Shown: positions 32,199 to 42,617, numbered from the stretch's first letter. The stretch: DNA of 64,000 bases from Capsulimonadaceae bacterium (GCA_965215505.1 OZ244065.1:3456001-3520000); one strand, 5' to 3'. Notes: generated from the letters alone by a model not told the origin. Program-made: numbers and translations.

Positions 32199-32417
32199 TT
32201 AGAACGCATGCGCGATGGCGAACACGGCGTAGGCCGCGCTCGACCCCATCAGCGCCACCACCCCGACCATGTCCCACCGCCGCGCGAACCGCCGGGCCAG
32301 GCTCGTCCGGCGGGCCGCCGGGGTCGTCTTGACCGTGCCCGCCGCCGGGAGGGCAATGCTGTTGCCGTTGATGGTGATGTCGCCGATGGTGGTGCTGTTG
32401 TAGATGGCCTGCTGCAT
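32199..32417 (-). CDS. Small hypothetical protein with C-terminal TM helix
   Basis: GC3-biased ORF, purine-rich RBS. Confidence 0.6.
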   Translation of the reverse strand: MQQAIYNSTTIGDITINGNSIALPAAGTVKTTPAARRTSLARRFARRWDMVGVVALMGSSAAYAVFAIAHAF

Positions 32418-32567
32418 GGTCGTGTCCCCCGTGTCCCGTCCGCTTCAATGTCGTTGATGGGGGTATTATAGACCGGGAACCGGGGGGCGGGTGCGCCGGG
32501 CGTCACACGCCGCCTGTGAACTTTGTCACACGCAGGAACTCCGCCGGACGACGGCGAACCTATCGCC

Positions 32568-33434
32568 ATGACACTTTCCGAAGCCCCAAACGGGCGGCCC
32601 ATCCGTGTAGACCGGCGGTTCAGCGCCGGGTCCGTCTGCGCCAGCGCCCTCCTCCTGCTCGCCCTGTCTCCCCTGCGGCCCGCGCGGGCCGACGCCCCAG
32701 CCGCGCCCCCCACCAAACCGGCGGCCCACTTCCCGGCCCTGGCTCCCGATGCCTCGGGCCGCGTCGGGGCGGGGACGCCCTTGCAGAATGTCCACCGGAT
32801 CGTCTGCCTCGGCGACAGCATCACGCAGTTCGGCGAAGGCCCGAACGGCTACGTCGGCCTGATGCGGGCTTATCTCGCTCAGGCGTACCCACAGAACGGC
32901 TTCGAGGTCGTCAACGCGGGCGTTTCGGGCAACACCTCGAACGACGAACTGGGCCGCTTCGACCGGGACGTGCTGCAAAAGAAGCCCGACCTGCTCACCG
33001 TCAGCGTCGGCGTCAACGACGTCTGGCACGGCTTCAATTCCAAGTCCCCGCAGGGCGGCGGGCCGGGCGGCGTCGCGCTCCCCGTCTACCGCGCCAACGT
33101 CGAGAAGATGGTGACGGAGGCTCAGGCGCGGGGCATCGAGGTCGTCCTGCTGTCCCCCACCGTCATCGGCGAGGACCTGAACGACCCGCGCAACGCCCTA
33201 GCGACGGGCTACCTCGCGGCCCTGCGGGACATCGCCCGCCGCCACAAGTGCCTGTTCATAGACATGCGCGGCCCCTTCCAGACGTATCTCGACCTGTACC
33301 GCACCACCGGCCACACCGACAACCTGCTGACCGGGGACGGCGTCCACATGAACGACTGGGGCAACCGCCTGATGGCCGCGACCATCCTGTCCGCCCTGCT
33401 GGCCCCCGCCCCCAAGGGCGTGACGCTGTTATAG
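32568..33434 (+). CDS. Secreted SGNH/GDSL hydrolase
   Basis: GDSIT, NAGVSG, GVND, DGVH; N-terminus overlaps a family-B arm (32577-32630). Confidence 0.9.
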   Translation: MTLSEAPNGRPIRVDRRFSAGSVCASALLLLALSPLRPARADAPAAPPTKPAAHFPALAPDASGRVGAGTPLQNVHRIVCLGDSITQFGEGPNGYVGLMRAYLAQAYPQNGFEVVNAGVSGNTSNDELGRFDRDVLQKKPDLLTVSVGVNDVWHGFNSKSPQGGGPGGVALPVYRANVEKMVTEAQARGIEVVLLSPTVIGEDLNDPRNALATGYLAALRDIARRHKCLFIDMRGPFQTYLDLYRTTGHTDNLLTGDGVHMNDWGNRLMAATILSALLAPAPKGVTLL

Positions 33435-33451
33435 AATAAGGAGACTCGGCC

Positions 33452-34450
33452 ATGTCACAGGACGTAATCACAGACGCAGCGAAGACGATGAAGGCGATGA
33501 TGCTGCCCCGGTTCGGGGGCTTTGATCAGTTCCGCCTGGAAGACGTCGCACGGCCCGCGCCGGGACCCGGCGAAGTTCTCGTCCGGATCGCCGGGACGAG
33601 CGTAAACCCGGTTGATGCCAAAGCCCGCGCCGGGGAACTGCTGCCGATGTTCCCGGCAGAGCGCCTGCCGCTGCTGCTCGGCTTCGACGCGAGCGGCGTC
33701 GTGGAAGAGGTGGGGGCGGGCGTCACGGACTGGCGGCCCGGAGATGCGGTCTACGGCTTCCCTGGGGCGGACCCCGGCACCACCATGCAGTTCAGCCGTG
33801 GCACTTTCGCGGAGTATGTCTGCCTCCGCACGGATGAAGTCGCCGCCGCCCCCCGGTCCATCCCGCTCGCCGAGGCGGGGGCGATCCCCCTGGCGGCGAT
33901 GACGGCCTGGCACGGCCTGATGACGCAGGGCGAGATGCAGCGCGGCCAGCGCGTGCTGATCCAGGGGGGATCGGGCGGGGTCGGCCATTTCGCCGTCCAG
34001 TTCGCGCACCGACTCGGCGCGACCGTGTACGCGACCGCCTCGGGCCGGAACACGGAGTTCCTGCGGGAGCTGGGGGCGGACGTGGCGATCGACTACGGCA
34101 CGGATCAGCTTGAAGAGCTTGCGGGCCAAATGGACCTGGTGTTCGACCTCGCACTCGGCAAGACCGAGGCGGCTTCCTGGGCCGCCCTGAAACCGGACGG
34201 GATGCTCGTCCTGGCGGCGGGGATGCCGGACCTCGCCCTGGCGCGTTCCCCCGGCCAGCGCGCCCGCTTCGCCATGGCACAGTCAACCCCCGAGGACCTG
34301 GGGCGCGTAGCCCAGATGCTGGACGACGGTCAGCTCCGCCTCACCCTCTCCGGGCGCTTCCCACTGGAGCAGGTCGGCGAGGCGCAGGCACAATTGGAGC
34401 GTGGCGGTTCCAGAGGCAAAGTGCTGGTGACCGTCTCCCAGGAGGCATGA
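33452..34450 (+). CDS. NADP-dependent MDR / quinone oxidoreductase family protein
   Basis: SVNPVD, GFDASGVV, GGSGGVG, RGKVLV. Confidence 0.9.
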   Translation: MSQDVITDAAKTMKAMMLPRFGGFDQFRLEDVARPAPGPGEVLVRIAGTSVNPVDAKARAGELLPMFPAERLPLLLGFDASGVVEEVGAGVTDWRPGDAVYGFPGADPGTTMQFSRGTFAEYVCLRTDEVAAAPRSIPLAEAGAIPLAAMTAWHGLMTQGEMQRGQRVLIQGGSGGVGHFAVQFAHRLGATVYATASGRNTEFLRELGADVAIDYGTDQLEELAGQMDLVFDLALGKTEAASWAALKPDGMLVLAAGMPDLALARSPGQRARFAMAQSTPEDLGRVAQMLDDGQLRLTLSGRFPLEQVGEAQAQLERGGSRGKVLVTVSQEA

Positions 34451-34641
34451 GGCACGCGCAGATGCGTGGCTTCTGCCGCTCGGCGTTGAGGAAAGCTACC
34501 CCCGTCCCCCCGCTTGCGCGTCGGACAATTCCTCTTGCGAGGAGGGCCGGTTGCCCGGAAGGGTAGCCGTCGTCATTATAGCATATCGGTCAGGTGATGG
34601 CAGGCTCCATGCCAGAGGGCGGAGGGCTGAGATGAGATCGG

Positions 34642-34773
34642 GACGAGTGATTAAAATCACTCGCTCCTGTCGGACCTGTCCAGGGGACAGAAGAAGGAGA
34701 GGGCGCTGCCGTCCATGTCGCTCCCCTTGTCCCCTGGACAAATCCGGCGGCAGCGAGTGATTTCAATCACTCG
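34642..34773. repeat. Family-A REPIN-like element, copy 3
   Basis: Left loop TAAA variant; spacer identical to copy 4. Confidence 0.9.
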
Positions 34774-34854
34774 GCCTGTCTCGGCCCCGCTTGGCCTGTC
34801 CGTTTCAGCCAGCCTCGACCACTGGCCCGTAGCTTCACCCAATGAGCCGTTGAA

Positions 34855-36264
34855 ATGCAACCCAGACCCCGCCCCCGATGGCCCCTACTTCTCACCCTGC
34901 CCCTCTGCCTCGCCGCGCCCCTGCTGACGCCCCGCGACGCCCGTGCGGACGCCATTGACGACTTCGTCCAGGCCCAGATGGCGAAGCAGCACGTCCCCGG
35001 CGTCGCCGTCGGCGTGGTGGTGAAAGGGAAGTTCGTCAAGGAGAAGGGCTACGGGCAAGCCGATGTCGAGCGGAACGTGCCGGTCACGACGGACACGGTC
35101 TTCGAGATCGGCTCCGTCACCAAGCAGTTCACCGCGACGGCCATCATGATGCTGGTGGACCAGGGCAAGATCAGCCTGGACGACAAGATCAGCCGCTACC
35201 GGGACGGCCTGCCCGAAGCATGGCGGGCGGTGACGATCCGGCAGCTTCTGTCCCACACCTCAGGCATCCCCGATTATGAAGCCATCATGGGCTACAGCTC
35301 CTATCGTAATATCATGACCGCCGATCAGGTCATCGCGCTGGCCGCCGGCAAGCCCATGGACTTCGCGCCGGGCACGCGCTGGAACTACAGCAACACGGGC
35401 TACTTCCTGCTGACTTTGGCACTGGAAAAGATCACAAAGCAGCCCTATATCCAGTTCATCCAGGCCCGCATCCTCTCGCCGCTGGGCATGACCCACACCC
35501 GGTCCAGCGAGCCGCGCGACATCATCCCATTGCGGGCGGCGGGGTACGCTTACGAGGACGGGCATCTGGAGAACCGCGACGCGATCCAGCCGACGGCGAC
35601 CGGCGGCGCGGCCATGCTGGTCTCCACACTAGGGGACATGGCGAAATGGGGGGCCGAAATCCTGACGCCCACTCTGCTGCACGAGAAGGACTACGACCTA
35701 ATGTGGGCCGACACGCCGCTCGCCGACGGCACCCCGAGCGGCTACGGCTTCGGCTGGTTCGTCAGCCCCAAGCACGGACACCGCGCCCTGGAACACTCGG
35801 GCGGCACGGCGGGCTTCACCTGCGACATGCTCTGGCTCCTGGACGACCGGGCGGTCGTCATGGTCCTGACCAACGGCTACCAGTCCACGGCCCGCCCGAC
35901 GCCGATCCTGGACTTCTGCGCCGACGCCTTCGTCCCCGGCCTGGCCTACCGGCCCATCCCCGACGCCAACCCGAAAGTCACCGCCGCCGTCAAGGATCTG
36001 GACGCCCACCGCACCGACCCGGACGTCTACGCCGCCCCCCTGACCGCCGCCTTCGCCGCCGCCCTCCGGCCCACCTGGGCGCAGGACCGCGCCTTCTTCC
36101 GCGCCCTCGGCCCGGCGCGCTCCGTCACCCTGGTCGGGCGCACCGGCACTGATGCCCGCCCCCAGTACCGCTACCGGGTGCGCTACGCCGATGCCACCTG
36201 GCTCCTCCTGGTCACGACGGACGGCGCGGGCAAGATCGCCGGCATTCAGGCGGACGAGGAGTAG
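34855..36264 (+). CDS. Secreted serine hydrolase (beta-lactamase class C-like)
   Basis: SVTK, LLSHTSG, YSN, HSG. Confidence 0.9.
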   Translation: MQPRPRPRWPLLLTLPLCLAAPLLTPRDARADAIDDFVQAQMAKQHVPGVAVGVVVKGKFVKEKGYGQADVERNVPVTTDTVFEIGSVTKQFTATAIMMLVDQGKISLDDKISRYRDGLPEAWRAVTIRQLLSHTSGIPDYEAIMGYSSYRNIMTADQVIALAAGKPMDFAPGTRWNYSNTGYFLLTLALEKITKQPYIQFIQARILSPLGMTHTRSSEPRDIIPLRAAGYAYEDGHLENRDAIQPTATGGAAMLVSTLGDMAKWGAEILTPTLLHEKDYDLMWADTPLADGTPSGYGFGWFVSPKHGHRALEHSGGTAGFTCDMLWLLDDRAVVMVLTNGYQSTARPTPILDFCADAFVPGLAYRPIPDANPKVTAAVKDLDAHRTDPDVYAAPLTAAFAAALRPTWAQDRAFFRALGPARSVTLVGRTGTDARPQYRYRVRYADATWLLLVTTDGAGKIAGIQADEE

Positions 36265-36271
36265 CGGGCCG

Positions 36272-36550
36272 ATGTCAAAGACGAACAGCGGGCTGCTCCT
36301 CATCGTCGCAGGCGTCGCCATGAACGTGGCCGGGCAGATGCTCGGCTCCGTGCAACTCCCCCTGCCCTGGGCACTCGCCTATCCGCTGACGGGGCTGCTG
36401 GTGTTTGCCTCGCTGGTCGTGGGCCTGTTCGGCGTCTTCCGCCTGTTCGTCGGCCAGTTCAGCCCGGAGAAGCGGGTCAAACCGGAAGAAGATCGCCCGC
36501 CCGCCGAAGGAGTCTGGCCGCCCGCGCCCAAGCCGCCGGGCGCGGCCTGA
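36272..36550 (+). CDS. Small two-TM membrane protein
   Basis: Two hydrophobic helices; C-terminal EGVWPPAP. Confidence 0.65.
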   Translation: MSKTNSGLLLIVAGVAMNVAGQMLGSVQLPLPWALAYPLTGLLVFASLVVGLFGVFRLFVGQFSPEKRVKPEEDRPPAEGVWPPAPKPPGAA

Positions 36551-36555
36551 GAGCC

Positions 36556-36610
36556 ACCGGCCATGAATGGCCGGCCTACTCCTGAGTGAAAACCCCTCCG
36601 GGGTTGGGGA
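36556..36610. repeat. Family-D repeat arm
   Basis: ACCGGCCATGAATGGCCGGCCTACTC..AACCCCTCCGGGGTT; near match to reverse complement of 60252-60308. Confidence 0.8.
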
Positions 36611-36965
36611 CTCGCTCGTCCTGTTCAAAGACCACGTCCGCGAGCTGCACGAGCTGACCCCCGCCGTGCAGTCCGCCTTGTTCCAGGAGGTCATGGCGGC
36701 GACGAACGCCCTCGTCAAAACCTGGAACCCCTGGAAGATGAACCACGCCTGCTACGGCAACGCCGAGGCGCACGTCCACTGGCACCTGTTCCCCCGCTAC
36801 GAGAGCCTGCCCGACCACCGCAACAACCCCTGGCTCCACGCCGCCGAGTTCGGGGACCATCGGATAGACGCCCAGGCGGCGCGGGAACTGGCGCGGCGGG
36901 TGCGTGAAAACCTGGCGGCAACGGTGAGGGGCGGGGAGAGAGAGGGGAGGCAGGACGAGACGTAG
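36567..36965 (+). CDS. HIT-family protein, apparently N-terminally truncated (possible pseudogene)
   Basis: KDHVREL, KMN..CYGN..AHVHWHLFPRY; first ~15 codons are repeat-derived. Confidence 0.7.
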   Translation: MAGLLLSENPSGVGDSLVLFKDHVRELHELTPAVQSALFQEVMAATNALVKTWNPWKMNHACYGNAEAHVHWHLFPRYESLPDHRNNPWLHAAEFGDHRIDAQAARELARRVRENLAATVRGGEREGRQDET

Positions 36966-36974
36966 ACGAGTGAA

Positions 36975-37108
36975 GACGAGTGATTGAAATCACTCGCTCC
37001 TGTCGGACCTGTCCAGGGGACAGAAGAAGGAGAGGGCGCTGCCGTCCATGTCGCTCCCCTTGTCCCCTGGACAGGTCCGGCGGCAGCGAGTGATTTCAAT
37101 CACTCGTC
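36975..37108. repeat. Family-A REPIN-like element, copy 4
   Basis: Near-identical to copy 3; between convergent genes. Confidence 0.9.
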
Positions 37109-37148
37109 TGCTTTCCCTTCCCCTCTACCGGCCCGGACGGTGGGCGGC

Positions 37149-38039
37149 CTACTGCTGGCCGACCCAGTCCGGCTGGACGACCTCGTTCCAGCGGGCGCGG
37201 ATGGCCTCCACCTGGGCGGGCGGCAGCGGGCCGGCGTCCAGCAGGCGGGCGTTCGCGCCCCAGCGGTCCGGGTTCTGCGTCCCGACGATGGCCGTCGCGA
37301 CGGCGGGCTGGGCCAGGGTGAAGCGCAGGGCGACTCCCACGGCGTCCGGCCCGCCCAGGAAGTCGTAGGCGAGGGACTGGAGGCGCTTGAAGTACGGGTA
37401 GGCGTACTCGCTCTCGGGCATGGTCTCCTTGGTCCAGGCGGCGTTCGCGATGGGCCGCTTGGCGATGACGCCCATGCCCCGCTCCAGGGCCAGCGGCAGG
37501 GTCAGGGTGATGGTCTGCTGGTCGGCGATGTTCACCGAGGTCTGGAGCGTGTCGAAGGCTCCGCACTCGACCGCATAGCGGGCCGCCTCGCGGTCCCCGC
37601 TGTAGCCGATCAGGCGGGTCTTGCCGGCGTCCCGCGCCTCCAACAAGACGGCGATCACGTCCCCCTGCCGCAGCTTGTCCTCATCGCATGAGTGGAGCTG
37701 GATCAGGTCGATGCGGTCGGTCCCCAGCCGCTGGAGGCTACGGTCGATGCTGGCCCGCAGCATGTCCGGGTCCCAATCCTCGCCGGGCAGGCCGGAGGTG
37801 TGGCCGCACTTGGTGAACAGGTGGAAGGCGTCCCGGCGGTGCCCAACGGCTTGCCCGATCAGCTCCTCGCTGCCCGCGTAGCACTCCCCCGTGTCGATGA
37901 CGTTCAGCCCGGCATCCAGGGCGCTCCCCAGCAGGCGCTCCACCGTCTCCAGTGCGGCGTTCTGAAAGCCGATCTCGGCCCCGCCGAAGCCGAGCGCGCT
38001 GACCTCCAGCCCGGTTTTTCCTAATGGTCGTCGTTCCAT
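37149..38039 (-). CDS. Aldo/keto reductase
   Basis: [37 protein letters not shown]. Confidence 0.92.
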   Translation of the reverse strand: MERRPLGKTGLEVSALGFGGAEIGFQNAALETVERLLGSALDAGLNVIDTGECYAGSEELIGQAVGHRRDAFHLFTKCGHTSGLPGEDWDPDMLRASIDRSLQRLGTDRIDLIQLHSCDEDKLRQGDVIAVLLEARDAGKTRLIGYSGDREAARYAVECGAFDTLQTSVNIADQQTITLTLPLALERGMGVIAKRPIANAAWTKETMPESEYAYPYFKRLQSLAYDFLGGPDAVGVALRFTLAQPAVATAIVGTQNPDRWGANARLLDAGPLPPAQVEAIRARWNEVVQPDWVGQQ

Positions 38040-38677
38040 GCGTGTCTCCCGTCGTGAATAGGTAGTGCAGGCTTTGTACCCAAGGTGGGGGGAACCCACC
38101 GCACCTCCAGCCAATAGCGGCGCGGGTCAAAATACGCCTTCCGCCGCGCGGCGGGCTGGAGGGCGACCCAGTTGGCGAACCGGGTCGGCACCTGCACCTG
38201 GGCGGCATTAATGACGGCCCCGCCGCGCCCCGCCAGGTGTGCGGGCAGGTGTACGGGGAAGACGGCCCAGCCGGGACGGGACGGGCCGCCGTCCATCGGG
38301 CCGTAGGGGTTCGGCAGGGGCGGGTCGTCCGGCATCGCGAGGCCGGGGGGCAGGGAGGCGTGGTCGGTCGGCAGGCGCGAGTGCGGCCACAGAGTCAGAT
38401 GCGGGAAGTGGACGGGGTCCGCCTGCATGGCCGCGAGGTCGTGCGCGCCGGTGTCGAACAGGATGGAATTCGCGTGGGTGTGGATGCCCGTGTGCCCGAT
38501 GTCCACACGCAGGGCGCGCGCGATGACGAGCCGCCCCGGCGTCTGCGCGGCCGCTGGCCTGAGTGCCGACGTGAACAGGAGCAGGCACGGGAGGGAGAGG
38601 CAAAGCAGGAGCGGGCCGGGGGCGCGGCGTTTGTGCCGCGCCCCGCCGGGGAAGAACAAGACCGATGTTTTACGCAC
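38021..38677 (-). CDS. Hypothetical exported protein
   Basis: Signal-like [17 protein letters not shown]; start uncertain; overlaps the AKR start. Confidence 0.45.
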   Translation of the reverse strand: MRKTSVLFFPGGARHKRRAPGPLLLCLSLPCLLLFTSALRPAAAQTPGRLVIARALRVDIGHTGIHTHANSILFDTGAHDLAAMQADPVHFPHLTLWPHSRLPTDHASLPPGLAMPDDPPLPNPYGPMDGGPSRPGWAVFPVHLPAHLAGRGGAVINAAQVQVPTRFANWVALQPAARRKAYFDPRRYWLEVRWVPPTLGTKPALPIHDGRHAWNDDH

Positions 38678-38693
38678 GTTAGGGACCCCTTCA

Positions 38694-39239
38694 ATGGCCG
38701 TTGACCGGACCGACACACAAAGACTTGACGCCGAAAAACCCCCGCAGGTCCAGGCACCGGACTCGGAATCGCAGTTCATCCTCCAGAAAGTCCAGCCCGG
38801 CCTGCTCGGCCTGATGGACGGCTCGGTTTCCACCTTGGCCCCGATCTTCGCGGCGGCGGGCCTGACGCACAGCTCGCACAGCGCCTTCTTCGTCGGCCTG
38901 GCCGCCTCGGTGGGCGCGGGGATCAGCATGGGTCTGGCGGAAGCCCTGTCGGACGACGGCGAGGTGACGGGCCGGGGCAAGCCGATCACGCGCGGCCTGA
39001 TCACGGGCCTTGCGACCACCTTGGGCGGGATGCTGCACACGCTGCCTTTTTTGATCCTGCACCTCGCCGTCGCCCTGCACCTGGCCTACGGGGTCGTCGT
39101 GGTGGAGCTGTTCGCCATCGCCTACATCCGCTTCCACTTCATGAAAAGCCCGCTGGTCCAGACCGTCGTCCAGGTCATCGTCGGCGGCGGCATCGTCTTC
39201 GCCATCGGCCTGTGGCTGGGTAAGATCGGGGCGGGGTAG
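38694..39239 (+). CDS. VIT1/CCC1-family membrane protein (MbfA C-terminal-like)
   Basis: [37 protein letters not shown]. Confidence 0.85.
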   Translation: MAVDRTDTQRLDAEKPPQVQAPDSESQFILQKVQPGLLGLMDGSVSTLAPIFAAAGLTHSSHSAFFVGLAASVGAGISMGLAEALSDDGEVTGRGKPITRGLITGLATTLGGMLHTLPFLILHLAVALHLAYGVVVVELFAIAYIRFHFMKSPLVQTVVQVIVGGGIVFAIGLWLGKIGAG

Positions 39240-39243
39240 CGCC

Positions 39244-39774
39244 TCAAGGATGGGCGGCAGGCCGGGGCCGCGCGGCCGCCGCTTTGACCATCGCGGCGAT
39301 GCGCGGGTAGTCGCGGTTCGTCCCGAGCGGCATCGCAGGCATGCCTTCCAGCATCGCCCCCCACATTACCACCGTTTTCCCTTGCTTGTCGCGGTAGCGG
39401 ATGTCCGCGCCTTTGGACAGAAGCGCGCTGACTATGTCCGAGTCGCCGCGCAGGACGGCGAGTTCCAGCACGGACCAGCGCGGGTTCATGTCATCCATGT
39501 GCCCCCAGTCCGGCGTCTTGATCTTGTGCGTCACGCCAAGGTAGTAGATCTGGGCCTTCTGCGAGAGGCCGAAGGCGGGGAGTAGCGCGTTCGGATCCGC
39601 GCCTTCCTCCAAGAGGCGCGTGACGTCGGGGAGGTCGTTCGTTTTCACCGCGTGTACCAGGTCGTTATCACGCTGCCGCGCCCGCCCGTCGTCCGGCCAC
39701 AGCCGCCAGGTGACGACGCCAAGGATGGCGATAATCAGGAACGCGGCGGCGTACTGCTTTGCGGTGCGGGTCAT
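39244..39774 (-). CDS. Membrane-anchored ankyrin-repeat protein
   Basis: LLEEGADPN, LLSKGADI...D..GKT. Confidence 0.75.
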   Translation of the reverse strand: MTRTAKQYAAAFLIIAILGVVTWRLWPDDGRARQRDNDLVHAVKTNDLPDVTRLLEEGADPNALLPAFGLSQKAQIYYLGVTHKIKTPDWGHMDDMNPRWSVLELAVLRGDSDIVSALLSKGADIRYRDKQGKTVVMWGAMLEGMPAMPLGTNRDYPRIAAMVKAAAARPRPAAHP

Positions 39775-39805
39775 TCCCGTGCCTTCTCCTGCCACTGGCG
39801 ACGCG

Positions 39806-40513
39806 CTATGCCTTGCGCGCCCTCGCGCGGGCGGGCTTCGGGGCGGGCTTGCGGGCGGGGTGAACCGGGGCGGGCGCGGGGGTCGGCATGCTCAGGGACG
39901 GGACGGCGGCCCCGAAGGTCCGCAGGAGGCTGCCGACGACGGCCATGTCCGGGTAGCCGTCCGCCCGCACCACATACACCGTGTCCCCCGAGTGGATGGC
40001 GGCGGCGAAGCCGCGCGGCTGGTCAAAGCCGACGGTCACGACCTGACTCCCCTGGGTGATGTAGAGCAGGCGGTGGCCGCCCTCGGCCTCGAACGGGGCC
40101 TCGTAGAAGGCCAGGAAGTCGGTCGGCGCGGCCCCGGCCGCGTCGGCGGCGGGTTTGAACGAGACGACGTGCAGGTGGTGGATGTCTCTGAGCAGCGCGG
40201 TGAGCTGCCCGTCGCCCAGGAGGGCGAGGAACGGGTTGGAGGCCACCGCGTCCGCCACCGACCCTTTTTTGGGCGTGGCCGCGCCCGCCAGCAGGCCCTT
40301 GACCATGCCGAGCAGGTCCGAGTCCTTACCGTCCATTTCCATCTGCACGGCGGCACCGGGCGGGAGGGGGATGGGCAGGGGGGTGGAAGGGGCGGCACGG
40401 TCGGCGGTCATTCGCTTCCCGTCCCCGGTCTGCCCCAGCGAAGTCGGGAACTGGGCGCGGGCGGGCACGGCGAGGGAGAGTGAGAGGAGCAGCAGGGCGG
40501 GCATGGTTCGCAT
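39806..40513 (-). CDS. Hypothetical secreted protein
   Basis: Signal peptide (ARA-Q); RBS AAGGA. Confidence 0.65.
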   Translation of the reverse strand: MRTMPALLLLSLSLAVPARAQFPTSLGQTGDGKRMTADRAAPSTPLPIPLPPGAAVQMEMDGKDSDLLGMVKGLLAGAATPKKGSVADAVASNPFLALLGDGQLTALLRDIHHLHVVSFKPAADAAGAAPTDFLAFYEAPFEAEGGHRLLYITQGSQVVTVGFDQPRGFAAAIHSGDTVYVVRADGYPDMAVVGSLLRTFGAAVPSLSMPTPAPAPVHPARKPAPKPARARARKA

Positions 40514-40560
40514 GGTGGTTTCCTTTGGGATGCGGATGGGATGCCGACGAGAAAGAGCCG

Positions 40561-40726
40561 CCCGGCGCTAAACCGCCGGTCTATACGGATGGGCCGCCCG
40601 CTTCGGGGCTTCGGACAGCATGATGCCCGGAGGGGGGATTAAAGAGGGCGGGGGAACCCCGCCCCTACGCGGCCCGGATGATGCCGCCAATGACAGCGTC
40701 CCTGTAGGGGCCGGGTTTCCCGGCCC
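40561..40726. repeat. Family-B arm followed by a GTAG REP pair
   Basis: CCCGGCGCTAAACCGCCGGTCTA..GCTTCGGGGC; REPs at 40646-40668 and 40704-40726. Confidence 0.8.
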
Positions 40727-40880
40727 TCCTTCCGGCATTGTCTTTCCCCGGCTTTGTCCCCTCTTCCACTTCCCCTCCCGAATCTCCTGCCGGAACCTTT
40801 CCATTCTCGGAGCGTCCGTGATATAATAAAACCATCACCAGACGGGCGGGCAGGGAGCCGCCCGCCTTAGAGGAGCTTCT

Positions 40881-41528
40881 ATGAACAGCGACGGCATACA
40901 GAACATCATCGCGGGCGACACGGGCCAGGCCGAAAATATCAGGGCCGAAGACGGCGCGCTGACGCGCCGGCAGGTGCTGACGACGGCGGCCCGGACGGCG
41001 GGCGCGGGCCTGCTCCTGCTGCTGCCGATGGCCCGCGAGGCGGCCCACGCCGACCCGGCGGCACCTGCCCCGGCAGCACCTGCGGCCCCCGCAGCCCCGG
41101 CCACCCCGGCGGCCCCCGCGACCCCGGACCCCAAGGCCCCGGTCACCCCGGCGGCTCCCCCGGACACCTCCACCTGGACTTCGCTCGGCAAGGCCACGCT
41201 GTTCGTCAAGGGCCAGCCGCAGCGGACGGAACTGCCGAACGGCGACGTGCTGTATGTGACGCGGCTGACGGCGGACACGTTTGACGTCGTCTCGGCCAAA
41301 TGCACCCACCGGGGCTGCGAGGTCGGCTACAACAAGGACGCCAGCCAGTTCGTCTGCCCCTGCCACGGGGCGGTCTTCGCCACCAGCGGCAAGAACGTCC
41401 ACGGCACGACGCGCCGCCCCGACGAGCTGCTCCCCGCCCTGCCGTCCGTGCCGTCCGTCCAGAAGAAGGGCGAGGTGCTGGCGAACCTCAAGGCCGTCCC
41501 CGCCCCCGCGCTGATTCCGGGGCATTAA
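40881..41528 (+). CDS. Tat-exported Rieske (2Fe-2S) protein
   Basis: TRRQVL signal; CTHRGC and CPCHG. Confidence 0.9.
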   Translation: MNSDGIQNIIAGDTGQAENIRAEDGALTRRQVLTTAARTAGAGLLLLLPMAREAAHADPAAPAPAAPAAPAAPATPAAPATPDPKAPVTPAAPPDTSTWTSLGKATLFVKGQPQRTELPNGDVLYVTRLTADTFDVVSAKCTHRGCEVGYNKDASQFVCPCHGAVFATSGKNVHGTTRRPDELLPALPSVPSVQKKGEVLANLKAVPAPALIPGH

Positions 41529-41595
41529 TCGGGGCATTAGATTGGGCATTAGTCACTGACGGTTCGCGTCAGTCGAGGCCGCCGGGACGGGGTGG

Positions 41596-41751
41596 GACGA
41601 GTGATTGAAATCACTCGCTTCGCTCTGGACCTGTCCAGGGGACAGAAGAGGGGGCAGGAGGGGCGAGGCAGAGGAGGCCGGTCCTGTCCCTCTGCTCCGC
41701 TCCCTTGTCCCCTGGACAAATCCGGCGGCAGCGAGTGATTTCAATCACTCG
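41596..41751. repeat. Family-A REPIN-like element, copy 5
   Basis: Same terminal and inner arms; between convergent genes. Confidence 0.9.
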
Positions 41752-41798
41752 GCCCACCCCCGCACTCGGCCTACCACGGCCCGTCTTGGTGGGTCAGG

Positions 41799-42617
41799 TC
41801 AACGCGGCGGCAGGTGGCGGCGGCGCAGGGCGCTGACGATGGCCGGGTCGGTGACGACGTAGGCGGGGAAGGTGCCCCAGGGGCGGCTGACGACCCAGGG
41901 GAAGGGGCACACGTCGGAGATGCCGATGAAGACGTCTATGTGGTTGCCGTGGACCCCGTAGCCGTCATCGGCGGCGAAGAAGTACCCGTCGTGGCGGACC
42001 CGCTTGCCGTCCGGCAGGGTCAAGAGGCAGCCCCGCGCGCTCGGGATGTAGAGGACGGTGCCGATGGGGATCTGCGCCTCGTCCACGGCGATGGTCCGGT
42101 AGGGCACCAGGTCGTAGTCGTCCACGCCTTCGCCGTAGGGGGTGTCGGACGGCTCGAAGCGGACGTAGGGGGCCTGCGTCATGGTCGGCCAGTAAGGCTT
42201 GCAGTCGGTCAGCTTGTGCGGACCGATGCCCGCGAAGGTGTAGACCCTGCCGTCCATCCGCACGGCACCCTCGACGGCGGCCCGGCAGAACGACTCGGGC
42301 GGCAGATGCAGGCCGCTCGGCTTCGGCCCGAGCGGCTTTTCGTCCGTGTCCAGGAGGGGGATGCCCGCCGCAGACTGGTAGCTCGGGGTCCAGTACCAGG
42401 TCGCCCACAGCGTCTCCGGGTTTGCCAGGGTGCGCGGCGCGGGCAGGTCGAACCCCTCCTGCGCCTGGAGCCGCTGCCGGTCACGGGCCGCGCGGAAGGC
42501 CCGGAGGCCGAAGGCGGCCCCGACGGTAACCAGGAGGCTCAGGGCCAGCAGGCCCGCCGTCCGCCACTGTGTTCTCTGCCGGGGCGACTGTGGCCGGATT
42601 GATCTTCGTGCGGTCAT
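41799..42617 (-). CDS. 3D-domain (MltA-like) protein with N-terminal anchor
   Basis: RTIAVD..IPIGTVLYI, AADDG..V.GNHIDVFIG. Confidence 0.8.
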   Translation of the reverse strand: MTARRSIRPQSPRQRTQWRTAGLLALSLLVTVGAAFGLRAFRAARDRQRLQAQEGFDLPAPRTLANPETLWATWYWTPSYQSAAGIPLLDTDEKPLGPKPSGLHLPPESFCRAAVEGAVRMDGRVYTFAGIGPHKLTDCKPYWPTMTQAPYVRFEPSDTPYGEGVDDYDLVPYRTIAVDEAQIPIGTVLYIPSARGCLLTLPDGKRVRHDGYFFAADDGYGVHGNHIDVFIGISDVCPFPWVVSRPWGTFPAYVVTDPAIVSALRRRHLPPR

